Assembly: GCA_002327965.1 (NCBI GenBank)
Contig: DCVB01000086.1
Span: 1-55,649, forward strand
Length of the DNA stretch: 55,649 nt
Origin: Candidatus Aminicenantes bacterium UBA2199
GTDB taxonomy: Bacteria > Acidobacteriota > Aminicenantia > UBA2199
Direction of reading: 5' to 3'
The notes under the pieces are model-generated. The model searched no databases. It saw only the letters and a list, made by a program, of their open reading frames with translations, and was not told the origin of the DNA. Every line of letters starts with the position of its first letter. Positions within the stretch are counted from its first letter, which is position 1. Made by a program: the position numbers and the translations under genes. Below, piece by piece: positions 17,937 through 27,000 of the stretch.

Positions 17937-17963
17937 AGGGGCAACCGCGAGGGTTGCCCCTAC
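17937..17963 (-). repeat. GTAG-type REP element
   Basis: Minus strand reads GTAGGGGCAACCCTCGCGGTTGCCCCT: a GTAG tetranucleotide plus a palindrome. Confidence 0.7.
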
Positions 17964-17998
17964 ACAAGGATACGGCTCGAGAATTTTTTTTGATCTCG

Positions 17999-18037
17999 TA
18001 AAAAAAAGGGCGGCCGCAGGGGCCGCCCTGAAAAAAA
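17999..18037 (-). terminator. Rho-independent terminator of the M3 peptidase gene
   Basis: Minus strand AGGGCGGCC-loop-GGCCGCCCT followed by a T-run, directly after the stop at 18052. Confidence 0.75.
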
Positions 18038-18051
18038 TCAAAACAACTGTT

Positions 18052-20172
18052 TTACAGCAGTCCCCGTTTCTTCAGCAGCGGCTCGATCCTGGGCTCGCGG
18101 CCGCGGAAACGCTTGTAGAGCGTCATGGCGTCCTCGGTCCCCAGCCGCGCCAGGATGTTGCGGCGGAAGGACTCGGCCGTGCGGCGGTCGAACAGCGAGG
18201 TCTCCTTGAAGGCCTCGAAGGCGTCGCAGTCGAGCTGCTCCGACCAGATGTAGCTGTAATAGCCCGCCTCGTAGCCGCCGTGGATGTGGGTGAAGTAAGT
18301 CGACTTCCAGCGCGGCAGGATCTCGGGGATCAGGCCGATCCCGTCCATGACCTGCTTCTCGAAGCGGGTGACGTTGACGTTCAGGGCGCTCTCCAGCTGG
18401 TGCCAGGCCATGTCCAGGAAGCAGGAGGCCAGGAACTCCACCGTCTCGAAGCCCTGGTTGAACAGGGAGCTGTTGCGGATCTTTTCCACCAGCTCCGCGG
18501 GGATGACCTCGCCGGTCTGGTAGTGGCGGGCGTAGAGTTTCAGCATCTCGGGCTCGAGCACCCAGTGCTCCATCATCTGCGAGGGCAGCTCCACCGAGTC
18601 CTGGGGAGCGAAGTTGGAGCGGTAGCGGCTGTCGGTGAACAGCGTGTTCAGGGCGTGGCCGAACTCGTGGAACGACGTGCTGACCTCGTCGAGACTGAGC
18701 AGCGAGGGGGTGCCGGGAGTCGGCTTGGTGAAGTTTCCGACCAGGGTGGCGAAGGGGACCACGCGCTTGCCGTCCCTGTAGAAGGTGCCGCGGAAGGCGC
18801 CCGACCAGGCGCCGCCCTGCTTGTTGTCGCGCGGAAAGAAGTCCATGTACAGGATGCCCAGCAGCGAACCGTCGCGGTCGCGCACTTCGGCCACGCGCAC
18901 GTCGGGGTGATAGACCGGGATGTCCTTGCGCTCGACGAAGCGCAGCCCCCAGAGCCTCTCGGCCAGGGTGAACATGCCCTGTTGGACGTTCTCCAGCATG
19001 AAGTAGGGGCGCAGCGCCGAGTCGTCCAGGTCGTACTTGGCCTTGCGCAGCTTCTCGGCGTAGTGCCACCAGTCCCAGGGCTCGATCCGGAAGCCGCCGC
19101 CCTCCTGGTCGATGATCTTCTGCATCTCGCCGCGCTCGGCCCTGGCCCGCGCCAGCGCCGGCGTCCAGAGCTGCCTGAGGAAAGCGTCGACCCGGGCCGG
19201 CGTCCCGGCCATGCGCGGCTCGATGTAGTAATCGGCGGGCGTCGCATAGCCCAGCAGCCGGGCGCGCTCCTGGCGCAGCACCATCAGCCTCTGCAGCACG
19301 GCCTTGTTGTCCTTGTCGTTGTCGCGGTCGCCGCGCATGAAGAAGCAGGCGAACAGCGCCTGGCGCAGGTCGCGCCGCGGCGAGTACTGCAGGAAGGGGA
19401 TCCAACTGGTCTTCTGGGCGGTAAAGACCCACTTGCCATCCATGTTCATGGCCTTGGCCGTCTCCGCCGCCTCGGCGACGACGCCGTCGGGCAGCCCGGC
19501 CAGGTCGTCCTTGCTGTCGATGACGATGAACGATGAATTGGTCTCGGCCAGGACGTTATCGCTGAACTTCAAGGCCAGGAGCGAATGCTCCCTGTTGATC
19601 TCGCGCAGGCGCTCCTTCCGCTCGGCGTCGAGCAGGGCGCCGCTGCGCACGAAGCCCTTGTAGGTGTTCTCCAGCAGGTAGCGCTGGACATCGTCGAGCT
19701 TCAGCCGGGCGCGACGGTCGTGGACGGCCTTGACGCGGGCGAAGAGTTTCTCGTTGAGGGCGATGTTGTCCTGGTGCGCCGACAGCAGCGGCGCCAGCTC
19801 GCTGGCCAGGTCCTGCATCTCCTGGCTCGTGGCCGCGCTCAGGAGCGAGTAGAAGATATTGCCCACCTCGCCCAGCATCTGGCCCGAGGAATCGAGGGCC
19901 ACGACGGTGTTCTCGAAAGTCGGGGCCTTGAGACTGGCGACGATGGCGTCGATCTCGGCCTGCTGCCGCTTCATCCCCTCCAGCACGGCCGGCTTGAAGT
20001 GCGCCAGCTGGATGCGGTCGAAGGGCGGCGTGTCAAAAGGCGTGCCGTAGGCAGAGAAGAACGGGTTGTCCCCAACGGCGGCACCACCCCACGCGGATGC
20101 GGCCAGGGGCAGGCACAGGACGGTCAGCAGCAGCGCCGGGGCAATCACAATCAGGATGTTTTGTTTGTTCAA
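18052..20172 (-). CDS. dcp: Exported M3A peptidyl-dipeptidase (Dcp/oligopeptidase A-like)
   Basis: PPFDRI, DFFPR..KQGGAW, HEFGH, VELPSQ..E and GYEAGYYSY.W. AAGGAGG RBS before TTG 20172, followed by a signal peptide. Confidence 0.9.
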   Translation of the reverse strand: MNKQNILIVIAPALLLTVLCLPLAASAWGGAAVGDNPFFSAYGTPFDTPPFDRIQLAHFKPAVLEGMKRQQAEIDAIVASLKAPTFENTVVALDSSGQMLGEVGNIFYSLLSAATSQEMQDLASELAPLLSAHQDNIALNEKLFARVKAVHDRRARLKLDDVQRYLLENTYKGFVRSGALLDAERKERLREINREHSLLALKFSDNVLAETNSSFIVIDSKDDLAGLPDGVVAEAAETAKAMNMDGKWVFTAQKTSWIPFLQYSPRRDLRQALFACFFMRGDRDNDKDNKAVLQRLMVLRQERARLLGYATPADYYIEPRMAGTPARVDAFLRQLWTPALARARAERGEMQKIIDQEGGGFRIEPWDWWHYAEKLRKAKYDLDDSALRPYFMLENVQQGMFTLAERLWGLRFVERKDIPVYHPDVRVAEVRDRDGSLLGILYMDFFPRDNKQGGAWSGAFRGTFYRDGKRVVPFATLVGNFTKPTPGTPSLLSLDEVSTSFHEFGHALNTLFTDSRYRSNFAPQDSVELPSQMMEHWVLEPEMLKLYARHYQTGEVIPAELVEKIRNSSLFNQGFETVEFLASCFLDMAWHQLESALNVNVTRFEKQVMDGIGLIPEILPRWKSTYFTHIHGGYEAGYYSYIWSEQLDCDAFEAFKETSLFDRRTAESFRRNILARLGTEDAMTLYKRFRGREPRIEPLLKKRGLL

Positions 20173-20319
20173 AGACGTATCCTCCTTATGAATTGACGGC
20201 AAGTCTCATTATACGTGCAAAAGGCCCCGTGGCGCCAGAGGGGCGGGATCTTTTTGTCAACTTGACAGGAACGGCGTTCCCAGAGGATAATGGGCTGCGG
20301 AAAATCGAGCGGAGGATCC

Positions 20320-20904
20320 ATGAAGGCAGTTTTTTTCAAGGGGTCGCCCCCGGCGGGGCGCGACCCGCTCAGCAACCGGGCGGCGGCGGCGGTGTCGGCG
20401 CTGCTCAAGTCCAGGGGCTGGGAAACGAAGGCGTTCCCGCTGGCGGCGATGGACATCAAGGCCTGCCGCGGCTGCTTTTCCTGCTGGACGCGGACACCGG
20501 GGCGCTGCATCATCCAGGACGACGACCAGGAAGCGATCCTGCGCGCCTGGGCGGGCGCCGAGCGCATCATCCTGCTGACGCCGGTCACCTTCGGCGGCTA
20601 CGGGCCGGAGCTGAAGAAAACGCTGGACCGCGTCCTCCCCATACTGCTGCCTTTTTTCACCCGCATCCAGGGTGAGACCCATCATCCCCAGCGCTACCCG
20701 CTGCCGCGCCGCCTGCTGGCCGTCGGTACGCTGAAGCAGGAGGACGCCGAAAGCGAGGGCGCCTTCCGCCGGCTGGTCGGCCGCAACGCCCTGAACATGG
20801 GCGACGTCGAGACGACGACCCTGGTGTTCAGCGGCGACGCGTCCCTGGCCACGATGGAAAAGCGCCTCAGCCAGGAGCCGTTCTTCGGCGCGGAGGCCTC
20901 ATGA
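20320..20904 (+). CDS. Flavodoxin-like / NAD(P)H-dependent FMN reductase family protein with Cys motif
   Basis: IKACRGCFSCW.RTPGRC..DD, TPVTFGGY and LLPFF...GETHH..RY. GGAGG RBS. Confidence 0.85.
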   Translation: MKAVFFKGSPPAGRDPLSNRAAAAVSALLKSRGWETKAFPLAAMDIKACRGCFSCWTRTPGRCIIQDDDQEAILRAWAGAERIILLTPVTFGGYGPELKKTLDRVLPILLPFFTRIQGETHHPQRYPLPRRLLAVGTLKQEDAESEGAFRRLVGRNALNMGDVETTTLVFSGDASLATMEKRLSQEPFFGAEAS

Positions 20905-21584
20905 GCAGCCGCAAGGTCCTGCTGCTGGTCGCCAGCCCGCGCGGGGCGGCCAGCACATCCAAGTCGCTGGGCGATCATCTCCTTGCCGGATTGGAGGAGC
21001 GGGGCATGGCGCTGAAGACGCTGCCGCTGTATCCGGCGCTCGGCGAGGAGAGGAAAATGTCCGAGCTGCTGGCCGCCGTCGACCTGTGCGACCTGCTCGT
21101 GCTGGCCTTTCCGCTGTACGTCGACCAGCTGCCGGCGCCGCTCATCGATTTGCTGCGCCAAATCGCCGAGCGCCGGAATGGCCAGGTCCGGACAGGACAG
21201 GCCCTGGCGGCGATCGTCAACTGCGGGTTCCCCGAGACAACCCACTGCCGCCCGGCCGACGACATCGTCCGCCTCTTCGCCGTTCAGGCGGGTTTCCGCT
21301 TCCTGGGCTGCCTGGCGACCGGCATGGGCGGCGCCATCGGCAACCGCTCCCTTGCCAAAGCCGGCGCGATCGTCCGCCACCAGCGCAAGGCCCTGGACCG
21401 GGCCGCCGCATTCCTGTGCGAAAACAAGGAGATCCCCGCCGACGTCATCGCGCTCATGGGCCGGGCGATGATGCCGCGCTGGTTCTACAATTTCGTCGCC
21501 GACCGCGGCTGGAAAAAGGCGGCCGGAAAATACGGCAGCTCCGCCAAACTGTTCGACCGGCCCTACGCCGGCGGGGAGAGTTAA
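20901..21584 (+). CDS. Second flavodoxin-like protein
   Basis: ASPRG..STS, FPLYVDQLP and NCGFPE. ATGA-coupled to the upstream gene. Confidence 0.82.
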   Translation: MSSRKVLLLVASPRGAASTSKSLGDHLLAGLEERGMALKTLPLYPALGEERKMSELLAAVDLCDLLVLAFPLYVDQLPAPLIDLLRQIAERRNGQVRTGQALAAIVNCGFPETTHCRPADDIVRLFAVQAGFRFLGCLATGMGGAIGNRSLAKAGAIVRHQRKALDRAAAFLCENKEIPADVIALMGRAMMPRWFYNFVADRGWKKAAGKYGSSAKLFDRPYAGGES

Positions 21585-21612
21585 GAAGGATCTTCCGCAG
21601 GGCCCGGGGCGC

Positions 21613-22554
21613 TCAGGTCGTCTTGCCGATGAAATCCCGGATGAAATCGATTGCCGAGCCGTCGGGGGTGAAGCGGAACTCATGGCCGGGCACCGCGGAG
21701 CAGACCCGCCTGGCGAAGGCGATGATCGGCGCCGCCGTGTCGGGATCGTACCATGGCGTGGAGATCATCGGCAGCAGGCGGTCCGCGGCCTGGGCGGCAT
21801 CCAGTTTTTCGCAGCGGTTCGCTTTCCCGTGCTTCAGGAAAAAGATCCCCGCCAGCGGCGCCTGGCCCGCCCGGGCGATCCCCGCCGTCCCCGCCCAGGG
21901 GGTGCCGAAAGCGATCATCTTCCCCCTGATCTCGCGCACGATCATGCGCTCGTCGCTGAGCATCTTCCCCGCTCTGGCCTTGACCAGCAGCTCGGAGATC
22001 GTGCTCTTGCCAGCACCCGAGGCACCGGCGAAAAGATAGGCCTTTCCCTTATATACCCAACCGGCCGCATGGGTCAGCAGCCCTTTGCGCCCGGCAAAGT
22101 AATGCATCAGCAGCAGCTGGTCGAGGGGGTAGGTCAGCGGCAGGTCGATCGGGACATGGCCACGGGCATCCGCTGATCCGAACCGGCAATACAGGTCAAC
22201 CCGCCCGACCCCCGATTTGAAGCGCGCGACCCACAACGGCTCCCCGCTGCCCGGCCGGTCCAGGCGCAGCCAATAGCCCGATGGATCCCGGAACAGGACC
22301 CAGGAATCCCGGGTGTCGAACACCCGTTCCGCGTCCTGCATGGACGGCCAGCCGTCACCGCGCAGGCGGACTGACATGCGCCCAGTCGGCGCCGCCGCGG
22401 AACGGTCCTGCAAGAATGATCGGTACAGGGGATTGGCGGTGCGCAGCGTCGCGGAAAACGGGGCATTGACTTGGATCGAGATGTCGCCGATGCGCAGGTC
22501 GCCGCCGCGGGGCAGGCGCAGGCTGCCGCTCAGCTTCCCGGTGCCGCGGCGCAA
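21613..22554 (-). CDS. HprK/PEPCK-like P-loop protein (ScmC / HPr-rel-type accessory); start codon uncertain
   Basis: LLTHAAG..KAYLFAGASGAGKSTI, LSDER and AFGTPW. Confidence 0.8.
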   Translation of the reverse strand: MRRGTGKLSGSLRLPRGGDLRIGDISIQVNAPFSATLRTANPLYRSFLQDRSAAAPTGRMSVRLRGDGWPSMQDAERVFDTRDSWVLFRDPSGYWLRLDRPGSGEPLWVARFKSGVGRVDLYCRFGSADARGHVPIDLPLTYPLDQLLLMHYFAGRKGLLTHAAGWVYKGKAYLFAGASGAGKSTISELLVKARAGKMLSDERMIVREIRGKMIAFGTPWAGTAGIARAGQAPLAGIFFLKHGKANRCEKLDAAQAADRLLPMISTPWYDPDTAAPIIAFARRVCSAVPGHEFRFTPDGSAIDFIRDFIGKTT

Positions 22555-22712
22555 GCGAGGCTCACGCAGGGCTGGTCATAACTCACGCCGCCGCCGCTGG
22601 CCAGCTTGCAGCCGATCCCCAGCGTCTGCGTCCCGGGCGCGATGCTCACCACCCGCAGCATGGGCTTCTCATATTTCTTCCTGGGCGATCCGTTTCCGTT
22701 CCTCTTTTTCAT
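22530..22712 (-). CDS. Putative RiPP precursor peptide (60 aa)
   Basis: GGAGGA RBS; ATG abuts the radical SAM stop. Basic leader with YEKPML (YxxPxL). Small-residue core with Cys35, Cys49 and Cys54. Confidence 0.8.
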   Translation of the reverse strand: MKKRNGNGSPRKKYEKPMLRVVSIAPGTQTLGIGCKLASGGGVSYDQPCVSLACAAAPGS

Positions 22713-23801
22713 CTATCCTCCATGGGCGCTGGAATAAAGTTTTTCAAACCTGAGATGACCGATGCGGCACATGTATTCGGAAGGGATGCTCTCCGAACCG
22801 TTCTCCATGGTGAAAAAACCCGGGCAATAACCGCAGATGAGCTTCCTGTCGCAACCCCGGCAGGGCATGCCGTCGGGGGCAACGACTTTCCTGAAATCGT
22901 TGAAAGCCTGCTCCCACCCTTCCCGGAAACTGCTTTTAAGCAGGGAAAAGCGGGCCTTCCTCACCATCAGGCAGGGATACACCCAGCCCTGGGGATCGAC
23001 ATGGAACGTATTGAGCCCGGAGCCGCAGTCGTACAATCCATCCCCATCGCGGGAACCGCGAAACTGGTCCAGGAACTCGCGCCATTCCCGCTCCCTGGCC
23101 GCGTCGGCCATTTCCAGGTCCACCGCCCGTTCCGGCGGCACGCGCAGGGCGACCGGCCCGCTGTCACCGCTCAGCGCCGGGAAGATCCCCGGGTCGAAAC
23201 GGAACTTGACGCCCAGACTGCGTGCCAGGTTCTCGATGGCCGGGAAATCGTCGCTGTTCAGCGTCATCAGCACGCTCTTGAGCCGGACATGGTTTCCCTG
23301 TGCCTGGAGCGCCTCAATCGCCTGCAACATCATTTGAAAGGATCCCGGGACGCCGGTGACGCGGTCATGGACCGCGGCACTCGCGCCATAGAGACTGATC
23401 TCGACCCCGTAAGGCGGCAATGCGCTGAACAGGTCGAGGATGCCGGCGTCGACCAGCGTGCCGTTGGTGAACACCGTGACCAGGAAACCGCTCTCCTTGG
23501 CATGGCGGTAGATGCGGGGAAAATCCTCGCGCAGCAGTGGTTCGCCGCCGGTGAGCAGCAGGTAGAGGCAGCCCGCCTCCTTGATCTCGTTGATGATCCC
23601 CAGCCATTCCGCCGTGGACAGCTCGGGCACCGCGGCACTGCCGTCCTCCCTGGCGTAGCAATGGACGCAGGCCAGGTTGCAGCAATGGGTCAGGGCCAGG
23701 CTGCCGGTGAAGGGAATGCGCCGGTCGATGACCCGGCGGGACAATTCCCGTCGGAAGCGGTCGTTATCCATGCCGGTCGCCTGCTCGCAGCCGTGGATCA
23801 T
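22713..23801 (-). CDS. Radical SAM/SPASM peptide maturase
   Basis: CNLACVHC, LTGGEP, TNGT, and C-terminal CGSG...YPC...CRGC...CGYC...C SPASM cysteines. Confidence 0.92.
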   Translation of the reverse strand: MIHGCEQATGMDNDRFRRELSRRVIDRRIPFTGSLALTHCCNLACVHCYAREDGSAAVPELSTAEWLGIINEIKEAGCLYLLLTGGEPLLREDFPRIYRHAKESGFLVTVFTNGTLVDAGILDLFSALPPYGVEISLYGASAAVHDRVTGVPGSFQMMLQAIEALQAQGNHVRLKSVLMTLNSDDFPAIENLARSLGVKFRFDPGIFPALSGDSGPVALRVPPERAVDLEMADAAREREWREFLDQFRGSRDGDGLYDCGSGLNTFHVDPQGWVYPCLMVRKARFSLLKSSFREGWEQAFNDFRKVVAPDGMPCRGCDRKLICGYCPGFFTMENGSESIPSEYMCRIGHLRFEKLYSSAHGG

Positions 23802-24088
23802 GGCAGCGCTTCCACCAGGTTGTTCTGCAGCAGCCGGGTCACGAATTCGCCGGCGTCCTCCCCGGCCCGGTCGGAATCCACGTCAAACTCCTCCACGATC
23901 TCGGCGACGATCGTCGCCAGCGTTTTACCGCCGTCGAGCCGCTGCCAGATGAAATCGGCCATCGGGTTCATCACGAAGATGTTGTTCATGTCCACCGGCG
24001 TGCCGCAGACCGGGATCAGGAAGGACTCGCCGGCGATCTCGCGCCCGGCGATCCCCTCCTTGCGGCGGTATCTGGCCTCCGGCTTCAT
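23798..24088 (-). CDS. Stand-alone PqqD/RRE peptide-recognition protein
   Basis: REIAGE.FLIPV, MN..ADFIWQRLDG and EEFDV...A..D..EF. ATGA overlaps at both ends. Confidence 0.9.
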   Translation of the reverse strand: MKPEARYRRKEGIAGREIAGESFLIPVCGTPVDMNNIFVMNPMADFIWQRLDGGKTLATIVAEIVEEFDVDSDRAGEDAGEFVTRLLQNNLVEALP

Positions 24089-27000
24089 TTCAGCCGCATG
24101 CCCGGGTCGCCGAGCCAGTTGTAGACGTTCAGCAGCGAGCTCTTTCCCCCCAGCAGCAGGTAGTTCTTCATCGCCGCCAGCCATGCCGCGCCGGCGCGCG
24201 CCTCCCGGGCCTGGTAGACCGCCTTGTAGAACTGCTCGCCCAGCTTCATCGAGTCGGAGTGGTACGCCGCCCCCGACGGCAGCATGCCCCCGGCCATCCC
24301 GCCATCGGCGTTGGCCAGCAGCGCCTCCCCCAGCGACGTGAACCCCGGCAGCTCGAAGCGCCCGGCCGCGCACGTGTACATCGTCACCAGCGGCAGCATT
24401 CCGCCGTTCCGCAGCTCCCCGGCATTGGCGACGTGGAAGATGTTTTCCGTGGCCAGCTGGTCGACGCCCGCATGCCCGCAGTAGTTGACCAGCCCCGCCC
24501 CGCCGTTCCATGAGTCGATGATCCTGGCCCGCGTCTCCGCCGCGGAGCCGGCCAGGTAGATCTTCTCCGCCTGCATGCCCACGGCCAGCCCGGCCAGCTC
24601 GTCGCAGCCGGCGGCGAAATCGCCCCCGCTATCGGCGTTGTCGGCGATCATCAGCGCCTTGTCCAGCCAGGCACCCTGCCCGCTCTCGTAGGCCTTGATC
24701 TTGTCGATCATCGCCTTGAGCTCGGCATTGGTCACCGCCGGCAGCCGGCCGATCGCGATCTCGGGCAAACCGTCCCTGCCGGCCACGTCGCCGTAGATCC
24801 GGTCGGCCGCGCACAGCCCTTCCGGCGTCCAGCCCAGGACGGCCGGAACCAGGTTGTCGCCATGGCCCTGGTAGTCGTTGTAGTCATACGTCCCCTTGCC
24901 AACCAGTACGGCGTACTTCACCTGCCTGCCGGTCCACTTCTTCCGGGCAAAGGCCAGGAAGTCGCGGATGGCATAAGGGTTCGGCACGCCGTCGCTGAAC
25001 ACGTCGTAGATGTCCTCCAGCGTCACCAGCACCGATTTGAGGCCGTTCCGGGTCCGGTGGTCGGCCAGTTTCCGCGCCGTGGCCTCGAACTCCTCGGGGG
25101 CGATCACGATATGATCGGCCGACTGGCTGGTGCCCCGCAGTTTCCCCGGCCGGCCGCCGACGACCGCCAGCGGCCGCAGCGCCGCGTTCAGCCCGCTCAC
25201 CAGGTAGGTGTTCCCCGCATTGCGCGGCACGAACGTCACCCGCCCCGACACGTCGACCGTGATGCCGGTCAGTTGCTGCGGCCTGTCCGCCGTCGTGACA
25301 TCCAGCACCACCGCCTGCAGCTCGGTCAGCCCGCTGACCGTCACCACCGGGTTGCCGTCGCCGCGGCAGACCAGGCTGTTGTTCACCGCCTGGTAATGCC
25401 TGGGATAGCTGAGATCGAACGACTGCACGTAAAAAACGCTGTACGGCGCCCCCGTGTCCAGCGCCCCGGAAACCGACAGGACATTGCCGCCTTCCTGCAG
25501 CAGTGAAGCGTCGAACTCGATTTCGAACTCATGGGCCTTGGCCCCGCCCCAGGCGGCTTCGCCGATCTCGCGGCCGTTCAGGCTGACCAGCGCATGGTGG
25601 TCATGGCTGGCGGCCGTGTCGGTCGCGCCCTGCAGGCTCACCTTCAATGCCGCCCGCCCCGTTGCCACCCCGGGCACATCGACGGCAAAGGTCTTGGCCG
25701 CGGCGCCGCCGACCACGTAGTCCCAGAACCAGATGTCACCGGCGGGATCCATCGCCGCGTTCAGCAGCGGGTAGCGGTTACCCTCGAAATGAAGCGTATC
25801 CATGAAGGATTGCATGCCGGCGGCCCCGGCGCCGCCGCCGCTGAGCGTCTTCATGGGCAACCCGCTCCCCTTCTCCAGGAAGTAAACATTTTTGTCGGAG
25901 TAGACGGTCTCCTTGCCCTCGTTGTAGAAGAACAGCCCGGCGCCGTTGGCGTCGGCCAGCCAGGCGATCTCGCGCCCCAGCCCGGTCAGCTTCAGGTTGC
26001 GGTTGCCGATCAGCGCCGCCGCGCCGCCCTGGTTGGTTCCCAGGCATTTGGCGATCTGCGTTGCCGTCACGTAGAACAGCCCGCGCCCCTTGACCGTGAT
26101 GCGCGCCCGGCCGTTCGCGGCCGCCTGCAGGCTGCCGGCCCGCAGCTCCCGGCGCCGCGCCTCCAGCCGCTCCTCGTCAAGCGGCGAACGCTGGCGCGGA
26201 TAGCGCTGGTAACCGATCACATCGCCCCCTTCTTCCTTGCCCAGGCGCACGGACGGGTCAGTCAAGTCCGTCTGCGCATGGCCGCCAAAGGTGAGGGTGA
26301 ACGGGCCGTAGCTCCTGCTCCGTCCCCGGGCGTCGATCTCCTCAAGCTGGTAGACGGAGGGTTCGCCGGGATAGGCCCCGGGGTCGGCGAGGCGGTAGAC
26401 GCCCCCCTGCGGCGCGTTGGCCAGCGCCGGGAGGAAATCGGTGTGAATGAGCTGGAACTCCCGGGTCCTGTTGTCCTGGCGGAAGAGGTTGAAGCCCACC
26501 GTGCCCAGTTCGGAAGCCGTGTGCCACTCGACCGTGGGCAGGCTTTCCGCGTCGCTGGCGGCGAAGCGCGTGATCGCCGCCCAGGTCGGCGTCTCGTCCA
26601 GGAGCACCGGCAGCGGCGTCGACCAGTCGGATTGGACGTAATGATCGCTGCAACGGGCCATGGCCCGGACATTATAGGTAGCGGCCGTCGCCCAGCTGTG
26701 CGAGGCGCTCGTCGTTCCCACCGGCAGCCAGACGGAATAGGTGCCGTCGCCCCAGTCGAAGCGGTACTGGACGCTGTGGCCCATGGATGAGGTGGAACCG
26801 CCGGTCGTATAAGTGTAGGTCGCCCCCACCAATCCGGTGGCCGGGCCCGTGAGGGTCGAGGGGATGGAGACGGTCTCCCCGTTGTTTAGCACGATTGCAA
26901 ACACCGCATCGCTTATGTCAGAGGGATCATAATCGGATCGCTCCCATATGCGTATCAAACAGTTCGCCGAGGGAGTATTGGGGATCGTCCAGGCATGAAC

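Noticed and set aside
22530-24088. PQQ biosynthesis or lasso peptide cluster
   Set aside because: There is no pqqB or pqqC and no ExxxY core. There is also no lasso cyclase, no B2 protease and no acidic ring residue at core positions 7-9.
24089-24511. N-terminal extension of the PqqD ORF (237 aa in the track)
   Set aside because: It overlaps the C25 coding region in another frame. The ATG at 24088 gives a normal 96-aa RRE with ATGA coupling.
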